A DNA stretch of 64,000 nucleotides from an uncultured Sphingomonadales bacterium (GTDB lineage: Bacteria > Pseudomonadota > Alphaproteobacteria > Sphingomonadales > CAKZYD01). A program made the translations under genes and the position numbers. The notes under the pieces were generated by a model. It saw nothing but the letters and a program-made list of their open reading frames with translations, made no database searches and was not told the DNA's origin. Below are positions 56,153 to 64,000 of this stretch, piece by piece. Numbering within the stretch: position 1 is the first letter of the stretch; each line of letters starts with the position of its first letter. Location of the stretch: positions 188,068 to 252,067 of the forward strand of contig CAZPXQ010000002.1 of the NCBI GenBank assembly GCA_964590595.1. Reading direction: 5' to 3'.

Positions 56153-57820
56153 TCAATCGTCAATATAGGCCAGCCGCACCTCAGTGACAGGCTTCTTGCC
56201 ACAATAATCTCGGATTGCGCGGCGCAGCGCAATGCGTACCGCCTCGGCTATTTTGTCGCTGCTGGCTTGATATTTTCCCCGCGCCAGTTGCAACCCGTCG
56301 GCGACCGCGTCTTGGCACATTTCGAGCAAGGTGGGGTCTTCTTGGCCAGGCACCCCGGCGATCACGACCACCGCTGGCGCGATTTGCCGGTGCTCGCCAT
56401 CCAAGATCAGGGTTGCGGTGACAAACCCATTATGCGCCATGCGGCGGCGCGAAACCAAAGTCTGGGAGTCGGCTGGCAGAATGTCGTCACCGTCCAAAAC
56501 CAGGCGGCCCGCGGCCACTTGGCCGATCAGAGCGGGCCCATCCGGCGCCAGCCGCACCACATCGCCGTTTTTCGGCACCAGGCCATGGGCTATGCCATGG
56601 GCACGGGCAAAGGCGGCATGCGCCACCATGTGCCGCATTTCGCCATGCACCGGAATCAGCATTTCCGGCCGCAACCAGTCATAAAGCGTTTTGAGATCGG
56701 CCTGACCAGGGTGGCCGGAGACATGCACGAAAGCGTCTTTCTCGGTGATCACCTCAATGCCACGGCCGATCAATTGATTGATCAGCCGTCCGATCACCAA
56801 TTCATTACCGGGAATGATCTTGGACGAAAACACCACGCAATCATCAGCGCTGAGCGTGATGTCGCGATGCTCTTCATGGGCGATGCGCGACAGTGCCGCG
56901 CGCGGCTCGCCCTGGCAGCCGGTGCAAATGATGAAAACTTCATCGCGCGGCACATCGGCAATCGCACGGCTGTCCAGCAGGGGCGGAAAATCGGTCAAAT
57001 AGCCATTGGCCTTGGCCACCGCCACGATCCGTTCCAGCGACCGGCCCAGCACCGCGACCCGCCTGCCATGCGCCGCGGCGACCTTGCCCAGGCTATCCAG
57101 CCGCGCGACATTGGAAGCGAAGGTGGTGACCACCACTCGGCCGCGCTTATTGGCCAACAAGTCAGTCAAGGCACGCAGCACCGCGCCTTCCGACCCCGAA
57201 GTGCCAGGATTGAAAACATTAGTGGAGTCGCCGATCAGAGCCAGAATGCCTTCATCGCCCAGCGACTTCAGTTCCGCCGGCAGGGCCGGCTGACCGATGA
57301 TCGGTTCATCGTCCAGCTTCCAGTCGCCGGTATGAAACAGCCGCCCCTTCGGCGTGTCGATCAGCAGACCGTTGCCTTCGGCAATCGAATGCGCCAAGGG
57401 CACATAGCGCAGATCGAACGGACCCAAGCTGAAGGCGCCGCCCAGCGGCACCTCCACCAGCGTCGCTTCATCAGCCAGCCCCGCTTCATTAAGCTTCCAG
57501 CGCACCAGCCCGGCGGTGAAGGGCGTGGCATAAAGCGGTGCCCGCAAATCCGGCCACAAATAGGGCACGGCGCCGATATGGTCTTCATGACCATGGGTCA
57601 GCACGATGCCCAGCAGGTCCTTGCGCAAAGCCTCGATAAACGCCGTGTCGGGAAAGATCAGGTCGCTGCCGGGAATATCAGCATCGGCGAACGCCATGCC
57701 GAAATCAACCATGATCCACTGGCCCTGATAACCATAGAGATTGAGATTCATGCCAATCTCGCCCGAGCCGCCAAGCGGGACGAAGATCAGCGTATCATTA
57801 GGCATGCGCCATTTGCTCAT
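56153..57820 (-). CDS. rnj: ribonuclease J (beta-CASP metallo-beta-lactamase)
   Basis: 555 aa, with PLGGSGEIGMN and the THGHEDHIG motif. Confidence 0.9.
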   Translation of the reverse strand: MSKWRMPNDTLIFVPLGGSGEIGMNLNLYGYQGQWIMVDFGMAFADADIPGSDLIFPDTAFIEALRKDLLGIVLTHGHEDHIGAVPYLWPDLRAPLYATPFTAGLVRWKLNEAGLADEATLVEVPLGGAFSLGPFDLRYVPLAHSIAEGNGLLIDTPKGRLFHTGDWKLDDEPIIGQPALPAELKSLGDEGILALIGDSTNVFNPGTSGSEGAVLRALTDLLANKRGRVVVTTFASNVARLDSLGKVAAAHGRRVAVLGRSLERIVAVAKANGYLTDFPPLLDSRAIADVPRDEVFIICTGCQGEPRAALSRIAHEEHRDITLSADDCVVFSSKIIPGNELVIGRLINQLIGRGIEVITEKDAFVHVSGHPGQADLKTLYDWLRPEMLIPVHGEMRHMVAHAAFARAHGIAHGLVPKNGDVVRLAPDGPALIGQVAAGRLVLDGDDILPADSQTLVSRRRMAHNGFVTATLILDGEHRQIAPAVVVIAGVPGQEDPTLLEMCQDAVADGLQLARGKYQASSDKIAEAVRIALRRAIRDYCGKKPVTEVRLAYIDD

Positions 57821-58608
57821 GCCTTCAAATTCCGCTGATGAACCATATACAGGCCATGCAGGGTGAGGTCGCGGTCGACCAGGTCAATTAATTGACTTTG
57901 CGTTTCAAAAACCGCCGCCAACCCACCGGTGGCAATCACTTTCATTGGCTTTCCCCATTCCGCGGTGATGCGGTCGACCAAGCCTTCCAACAGGCCGATA
58001 TAGCCCCAGATCACACCTGATTGCATGGCCTCCACCGTGGTCTTGCCGATCACCTTGTTGGTCACCGGCCGCTCGATTGCAATACGCGGCAATTTCGCCG
58101 CCGCCATGTGTAACGCCTCCATCGACAAATTGATGCCAGGCGCGATCACGCCGCCATGATAATCGCCGTGATCGTCAACCACGTCGAACGTGGTGGCGGT
58201 GCCGAAATCGATGATGATCAATGGCCCGCCATGGCGGGCATGGCCGGCAATGGCGTTGACCAGGCGGTCAGCGCCCACCTCCGCCGGATTGGGCATCATC
58301 ACGCTGATGCCAAGATCGCAATCGGGCGCGCCCACCACCAACGGCTCGACGCCAAAATATTGCCGGCACAGGGTGCGCAAATTGAATAGCACCGGCGGCA
58401 CCACCGTCGCCACCACGGCGGCCTTAACATCGTCGAACCCAACACCGGCCAAATTCATCAATTGCGACAACCACACCACATATTCATCCGCAGTGCGGGC
58501 GTTTTCACTGGAAATGCGCCAACGATGCGCGATCTCGCCATTGGGGTGGATCAGCGCGAACACGACATTGGTGTTGCCGGAATCAATTGCAAGCAGCATG
58601 GCGTTCAC
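57817..58608 (-). CDS. coaX: type III pantothenate kinase
   Basis: Begins LLAIDSGNTN, and has the GTATTFD motif. Confidence 0.92.
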   Translation of the reverse strand: MNAMLLAIDSGNTNVVFALIHPNGEIAHRWRISSENARTADEYVVWLSQLMNLAGVGFDDVKAAVVATVVPPVLFNLRTLCRQYFGVEPLVVGAPDCDLGISVMMPNPAEVGADRLVNAIAGHARHGGPLIIIDFGTATTFDVVDDHGDYHGGVIAPGINLSMEALHMAAAKLPRIAIERPVTNKVIGKTTVEAMQSGVIWGYIGLLEGLVDRITAEWGKPMKVIATGGLAAVFETQSQLIDLVDRDLTLHGLYMVHQRNLKA

Positions 58609-59387
58609 TCCATCTCCCGCAGGAATGCCAATTCCCCGGCATGAACAAGCCTCTCGGTGCCGCTGTCAAGCCTGACGCGGCCGCCACCGGTTTCATCGAT
58701 GCCCAAAAACTGGCCTGTCAACACCCCGTCGGCACGCTGCATCCGCACCCGGCCACCCAGCCCATAAGCCTGCTGCATCCAGACCGACCTCAACGCCGCG
58801 AAGCCATCGCGGTCCAGCCGCGCCGACCATGTCGCCAGGCGCGGCGCCAGGTCTTCCAGGAATGCCCGCGGCGTCGGTGGCTGCGCCACATGCCGTGCCA
58901 TGGCGGTGGCCGGCCAAACCGTATCCTGAACCGGCGGCGCCAGCGCGACATTCACGCCAATGCCAATCACCAGCCAGGGCTGGCCCGCCGCGTTCTTGGC
59001 TGCCTCCAACAAGATGCCGGAAATCTTGGCGCCGCCGGCCAATACGTCATTTGGCCATTTGCATGCGATATGGCCAACACCGAAGGCTTGCAGGCTTTCC
59101 GCCACCGCGATGGCGGCGGCATAGCTGTGCTGGGCATTGACCATGGCATCGTTGCCCGCCGGCCGGGCGAGGCTGGCGAAAACATTGCCTTCAAGCGAAT
59201 GCCAGGGCCGCCCCTGCCGACCCCTGCCCCGGTCCTGGGACTTAGCAACAAACCAACAAGTGTCAGCCATGTTGCCAGCCGCGATCCTACGCAGAGCTTC
59301 GGCATTGGTGCTGTCGACCCGGTCCATGAAGATGGCGGGCGCGGTGCCCAACCGTTCAACAGGCAGGGCCTGCATCGATCTGGTCAC
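58605..59387 (-). CDS. birA: biotin--[acetyl-CoA-carboxylase] ligase
   Basis: SQDRGRGRQGRPW motif. The 260-aa length suggests there is no N-terminal HTH domain. Confidence 0.88.
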   Translation of the reverse strand: MTRSMQALPVERLGTAPAIFMDRVDSTNAEALRRIAAGNMADTCWFVAKSQDRGRGRQGRPWHSLEGNVFASLARPAGNDAMVNAQHSYAAAIAVAESLQAFGVGHIACKWPNDVLAGGAKISGILLEAAKNAAGQPWLVIGIGVNVALAPPVQDTVWPATAMARHVAQPPTPRAFLEDLAPRLATWSARLDRDGFAALRSVWMQQAYGLGGRVRMQRADGVLTGQFLGIDETGGGRVRLDSGTERLVHAGELAFLREME

Positions 59388-60844
59388 CCCGCTAGCGCTG
59401 CGGCGGCACGGTCGATCACAGGCAGCAACGGCACCAGAAAGGCAAAGGCCAAGGGCGAATTGAATAAGGCCGACGCCCCCAACAACCAGCGCGACGGCTG
59501 GTCGGGAATTTTTTCGAACTCCGCCGCCGGCTCATCGAAATACATGATCTTGATGATGCGCAAATAATAATAGGCGCCGATCACACTGGCGACGACGCCA
59601 ATGACCGCCAGCACGAAAAGATCCGCCTCGACCGCCGCGCGAAAGACATAAAGCTTGCCGAAAAAGCCGGCGAAGGGCGGAAAACCAATCAGCGACAGCA
59701 TCAAGATCGCCATCGCCGCGGCCAGGCGCGGCCGGCTTTGGTTGAGGCCAGCCAGTTCCTGAATATTCTCCACCATGCCGGTCTTGCGCCGCATCGATAA
59801 AATGCAAATGAACGTGCCGGCGGTCATGGTCAGGTAAATCGCCATATAGAGGATGACGGCGCTGACCCCTTGCGCGGTGCCGGCGGCGATGCCGACCAGC
59901 GCATAACCGACATGGCCGATCGAGCTATAGGCCATCAGGCGCTTGATATTATTTTGCGCGATCGCCGCCACCGCGCCCAGCACCATCGACGCGATCGAGA
60001 TAAAGATCACCACTTGCTGCCATTGGTCGGTCATCGCCGCCAAGGGGTCATACAACACCCGCAGCACCAGGGCGATCGCGGCAACCTTTGGCGCCCCGGC
60101 GAAAAACGCGGTGACCGGCGTCGGCGCACCTTCATAAACGTCCGGCGTCCACATATGGAACGGCACGGCGGAAATTTTGAACGCCAATCCCGCCAGCACG
60201 AACACCAGCCCGAACACCAGGCCCAAATGCGGCTGGCCATTGGCCAACTGCTCGGGCAGCACGGTCGCCAACACCTCGAACGAGGTGGTGCCGGTAAAGC
60301 CATAGATCAGCGAACTGCCGTAAAGCAGCATGCCCGAGGCCAAGGCGCCCAAGACGAAATATTTCAGCCCGGCCTCGCTGGAGCGCCGATGGTCGCGCTG
60401 CAAGCTTGCCAGCACATAAAGGCTGAGACTTTGCAGCTCCAAGCCCAGATAGAGCGCGATCAGATTGCCCGCCGAGACCATCAGCATCATGCCCAAGGTC
60501 GCGGTCATCACCAGAATCGGGAATTCAAAACGCAAGATCCGCTCGAATTGCAAATAGCTCAGCGCCATCAAAATCGCGGCGCCGGCACCGATCAAAATCA
60601 CGATCTTCATGAACTGCGCGAAACCGTCGGCGACAAACATGCCACCAAAGGCGGTGCTGGATTCCGATACGTCACCCAAGCCCACCAGCACGCCCACCAC
60701 CGCCAACACCAGCACCGTCAAGCGGCTGAGCGAAGCCGCCGCGCCGTCACCGCGAAACACGCCCAGTAACAGCAAGCCCATCACGCCCAAGGCGGCGACA
60801 ATTTCCGGCAAGGCAACCGACCAATTCGACAAAACCGACGTCAT
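59384..60844 (-). CDS. nuoN: NADH-quinone oxidoreductase subunit N
   Basis: 486-aa polytopic antiporter-like subunit. Its position after nuoM fits the operon order. Confidence 0.92.
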   Translation of the reverse strand: MTSVLSNWSVALPEIVAALGVMGLLLLGVFRGDGAAASLSRLTVLVLAVVGVLVGLGDVSESSTAFGGMFVADGFAQFMKIVILIGAGAAILMALSYLQFERILRFEFPILVMTATLGMMLMVSAGNLIALYLGLELQSLSLYVLASLQRDHRRSSEAGLKYFVLGALASGMLLYGSSLIYGFTGTTSFEVLATVLPEQLANGQPHLGLVFGLVFVLAGLAFKISAVPFHMWTPDVYEGAPTPVTAFFAGAPKVAAIALVLRVLYDPLAAMTDQWQQVVIFISIASMVLGAVAAIAQNNIKRLMAYSSIGHVGYALVGIAAGTAQGVSAVILYMAIYLTMTAGTFICILSMRRKTGMVENIQELAGLNQSRPRLAAAMAILMLSLIGFPPFAGFFGKLYVFRAAVEADLFVLAVIGVVASVIGAYYYLRIIKIMYFDEPAAEFEKIPDQPSRWLLGASALFNSPLAFAFLVPLLPVIDRAAAALAG

Positions 60845-62364
60845 TGCGGCATCTCCGTCATCGCCGTGGGCATGGGCGCGGACGGCGGATTTTGCCGTTC
60901 GACCTGCACGATCAGATTTTCAACCGCCGCCCGCATCGGATTGAGGAACGTGGTGGGATAGACCCCCATCCAGATCACCACCGCGACCAACGGCGCGAAA
61001 ATCGCGACCTCGCGGCGATTGAGGTCGAGAATATTCTTCAAATCCTCTCGCACCAATTCGCCGAACACCACCCGGCGATAAAGCCACAACATATAGGCTG
61101 CGCCCAAAATAATGCCGGTGGTCGCCACCAGGGCCACCCAGGTCGCGGCCTTATAGGCGCCGACCAAGGTCAGGAATTCGCCGACAAAACCGCTGGTCCC
61201 CGGCAGCCCCACCGATGCCATGGTGAAGACCATGAACACAAAAGCATATTTCGGCATGCGATTGACCAGGCCGCCATAACGGCCGATCTGGCGGGTGTGG
61301 ATACGGTCGTAAATCACACCAACGCACAGAAACAGCGCGCCAGAGACGATGCCATGGCTGAGCATCTGGAAGATCGCGCCTTCAATGCCCTGGGTGTTGA
61401 GCGCGAACAACCCCATGGTGACGAAACCCATATGGGCGACCGAGGAATAAGCGATCAGCTTCTTCATGTCCTCCTGCACCAGGGCAACCAACGAGGTGTA
61501 GACAATCGCCACCAGCGACAAGGCGAACACCAGCCAGGCCAAATCCTGGGTTGCCAGGGGGAACATCGGCATCGAGAACCGCAGGAAACCATAGCCGCCC
61601 ATTTTCAGCAGCACCCCGGCCAGAATCACCGAACCGGCGGTCGGCGCTTCGACATGCGCGTCAGGCAACCAGGTGTGGACCGGCCACATCGGCATTTTGA
61701 CCGCGAAGGATGCAAAGAACGCTAACCACAGCCAGGTCTGGACATCGGCCGCGAAATCATAGGTCAGCAGTGTCGGAATGTCGGTGGTGCCGGCGGTTTG
61801 CGCCATATAGATCATCGCCAGCAGCATCAGCACCGAACCGAGCAAGGTGTAGAGGAAGAACTTAAAGCTGGCATAGACCCGGCGACCACCGCCCCAGACG
61901 CCGATGATCAAAAACATCGGCACCAGCCCGCCTTCGAAGAAGATGTAGAACAAGAACAGGTCGAGTGTGGCGAACACACCGACCATCAATCCCTCCATCA
62001 CCAGGAAGGCGATCATATATTCCTTGACCCGGTGCTGGATCGATTCCCAACTCGCCAGGATGCAGATCGGCATCAAAAAGGTGCTGAGCACGATCAACAG
62101 CACCGAAATGCCATCAACCCCCAAATGATAGGCGAAATAATCGCCGAACACCCCATGGTGCTCGACAAACTGAAAATCGCTGGTCGACGGGTCGAAGCTG
62201 GCCCACAGATAAATCGACACCAGGAAATTGACCAATGTGGCCCACAGCGCCATCCAGCGCGCATTGGCGTTGACCAACGCTTGATCCTTGCCGCGAATGG
62301 CCAAGATGGCGGCGGCGCCAAGGAAGGGGAGGAAAATCAGAGTCGAAAGAATTGGCCAATCCAT
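60841..62364 (-). CDS. nuoM: NADH-quinone oxidoreductase subunit M
   Basis: 507 aa, with antiporter-like motifs ([19 protein letters not shown]). Confidence 0.93.
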   Translation of the reverse strand: MDWPILSTLIFLPFLGAAAILAIRGKDQALVNANARWMALWATLVNFLVSIYLWASFDPSTSDFQFVEHHGVFGDYFAYHLGVDGISVLLIVLSTFLMPICILASWESIQHRVKEYMIAFLVMEGLMVGVFATLDLFLFYIFFEGGLVPMFLIIGVWGGGRRVYASFKFFLYTLLGSVLMLLAMIYMAQTAGTTDIPTLLTYDFAADVQTWLWLAFFASFAVKMPMWPVHTWLPDAHVEAPTAGSVILAGVLLKMGGYGFLRFSMPMFPLATQDLAWLVFALSLVAIVYTSLVALVQEDMKKLIAYSSVAHMGFVTMGLFALNTQGIEGAIFQMLSHGIVSGALFLCVGVIYDRIHTRQIGRYGGLVNRMPKYAFVFMVFTMASVGLPGTSGFVGEFLTLVGAYKAATWVALVATTGIILGAAYMLWLYRRVVFGELVREDLKNILDLNRREVAIFAPLVAVVIWMGVYPTTFLNPMRAAVENLIVQVERQNPPSAPMPTAMTEMPQ

Positions 62365-62373
62365 GACTTTGCC

Positions 62374-64000
62374 TCAGCCCCCTGCCTGCCGTGTCATGAA
62401 CCAGGTCACCGCCAGGGCCACCCCGATCAGCATCGCAAACGCATAATGATAAAGATAGCCGCTTTGCAGGCGCCGCGCCCGGCCGGCGGCGGCGATGACG
62501 GCGGCGGCCACGCCGTCGGGGCCCAAGCCGTCAATCACTCGGCCATCGCCGCCTTTCCAGAATAGCTTGCCCAGCCATAAGGCGGGACGCACAAAAATGG
62601 CATTAAACAGTTCGTCGAAATACCATTTGTTGAGCAGGAAGCGATAGATGAAGCGGGCTTGTTCGGCGAATGCCGCTGGCAGACCAGGTTTCCAGATATA
62701 AAAAGCAAAGGCGATCAGGAAGCCCACTATGCCCATCATGAACGGCAGATATTTGATCAACGCCGGCACATGATGAATATCGTCGAGCACATCATGGCCC
62801 AGCACGGTCAAGGCGCTGCCCCAGAACTGGCCGCGTTCATGACCGACGAAATATTCATAGAAGCCAAAACCCGCGACAATCGCGCCGATTGCCAGAATCA
62901 CCAAAGGCACCAGCATCACCGGAGGGCTTTCATGGGCATGGTCATGGGCATGATGATCGCCGCGCGGGGCGCCAAAAAAGGTCATGAAAATCAGCCGCCA
63001 ACTGTAAAAGGCGGTGAACAACGCAGCGGTGATGCCCATCAAGAACGCATAATTGCCAACGCCGGTATGCGCCGCATAGGCGGATTCCAGCACCGCGTCC
63101 TTGGAATAATAGCCGGCAAAACCCGGAAAGCCCGTGATCGCCAGCGTGCCGATCAGCATCACCGCGAAGGTCCAGGGAATCTTTTTACGCAAAGCACCCA
63201 TCCGCCGCATGTCTTGTTCGTCATGCAAGGCGTGGATCACCGAACCCGCCCCCAGGAACAGCAGCGCCTTGAAAAAGGCATGGGTAAAGAGATGGAAAAT
63301 CCCGGCGCCATACGCGCCAACGCCCAGGGCGAAGAACATATAGCCCAATTGCGAACAGGTCGAATAGGCGATCACGCGCTTGATGTCGTTCTGCACCAGG
63401 CCGACCGAAGCGGCGAACAAAGCCGTGGTAGCGCCCACCACCGCCACCACGTCCAATGCCAGCGGCGCATGTTCGAACAGCGGCGAACAGCGGGCCACCA
63501 TGAAGACCCCAGCGGTGACCATGGTGGCGGCATGGATCAACGCCGACACCGGGGTCGGGCCTTCCATCGCGTCCGGCAGCCAAGTGTGCAGGCCCAATTG
63601 CGCCGACTTGCCCATGGCGCCAATGAACAACAACAGGCAGATCAGCGTCAGCGTGTCGACTTGCCAGCCCAGGAAGCTGACGCTTTGCCCCGCCTGCGCC
63701 GACGCCGCGCCAAACACAGTGTCAAAGCTGAGCGATCCAAACACCGCGAAAATGGCGAAAATGCCCAGGCTGAAACCGAAATCGCCAATGCGGTTGACGA
63801 CAAAGGCCTTGATGGCGGCGGCATTGGCGCTGGGCTTTTTATACCAAAAGCCGATCAGCAGATAAGACGCCAGGCCAACGCCTTCCCAGCCGAAGAACAT
63901 CTGCACGAAATTATCCGCCGTCACCAGCATCAGCATGGCGAAGGTGAACAGCGACAAATAGGCCATGAACCGCTGCGGGTGCGGGTCGTGGCTCATATAG
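62374..64000 (-). CDS. nuoL: NADH-quinone oxidoreductase subunit L, partial (N-terminus beyond window end)
   Basis: [22 protein letters not shown] motif. The frame is open to the window edge. Confidence 0.92.
   Translation of the reverse strand, partial: YMSHDPHPQRFMAYLSLFTFAMLMLVTADNFVQMFFGWEGVGLASYLLIGFWYKKPSANAAAIKAFVVNRIGDFGFSLGIFAIFAVFGSLSFDTVFGAASAQAGQSVSFLGWQVDTLTLICLLLFIGAMGKSAQLGLHTWLPDAMEGPTPVSALIHAATMVTAGVFMVARCSPLFEHAPLALDVVAVVGATTALFAASVGLVQNDIKRVIAYSTCSQLGYMFFALGVGAYGAGIFHLFTHAFFKALLFLGAGSVIHALHDEQDMRRMGALRKKIPWTFAVMLIGTLAITGFPGFAGYYSKDAVLESAYAAHTGVGNYAFLMGITAALFTAFYSWRLIFMTFFGAPRGDHHAHDHAHESPPVMLVPLVILAIGAIVAGFGFYEYFVGHERGQFWGSALTVLGHDVLDDIHHVPALIKYLPFMMGIVGFLIAFAFYIWKPGLPAAFAEQARFIYRFLLNKWYFDELFNAIFVRPALWLGKLFWKGGDGRVIDGLGPDGVAAAVIAAAGRARRLQSGYLYHYAFAMLIGVALAVTWFMTRQAGG

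Overview
High-GC bacterial chromosome segment; the gene order suggests an alphaproteobacterium (rpsF-rpsR-DUF2232-rplI-dnaB and nuoLMN-birA-coaX-rnj-mce). The left ~28 kb is an accessory cell-surface polysaccharide region. It has three parts. (a) The right-hand part of a PEP-CTERM/exosortase-A-type EPS locus: a hydrolase fragment, an O-antigen-ligase-like protein, wecB, four GT4 glycosyltransferases, the PrsK/PrsR/PrsT regulatory trio and an EpsB-type priming transferase. The exosortase gene itself is not in the window. (b) A divergent CobD/CbiB-like gene, manC and a 1106-aa secreted protein. That protein has a duplicated ~300-aa module, 39 tandem TDGG[A/T] pentapeptides (15-bp DNA repeat), a PKD-like domain and a variant IPAPAA + TM + RRRRK C-terminal sorting signal. 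A near-consensus sigma-54 promoter sits upstream of it. (c) A tightly coupled wecB-nfrB-nfrA-like operon, which looks like a minimal synthase-dependent EPS secretion module. Its synthase appears to lack the c-di-GMP-binding tail of E. coli NfrB. The right ~36 kb is ordinary core genome: pepN, prfC, a CoxL-like molybdoenzyme subunit, the fabD-fabG-acpP-fabF-mltG-yicC-gmk cluster, ribosomal protein genes, dnaB, mlaEF, radA, cvpA, purF, rnj, coaX, birA and nuoNML. I found no tRNA/rRNA genes, CRISPR arrays or mobile elements. All functional calls come from my own reading of the translated ORFs (motif recognition), not from database searches.
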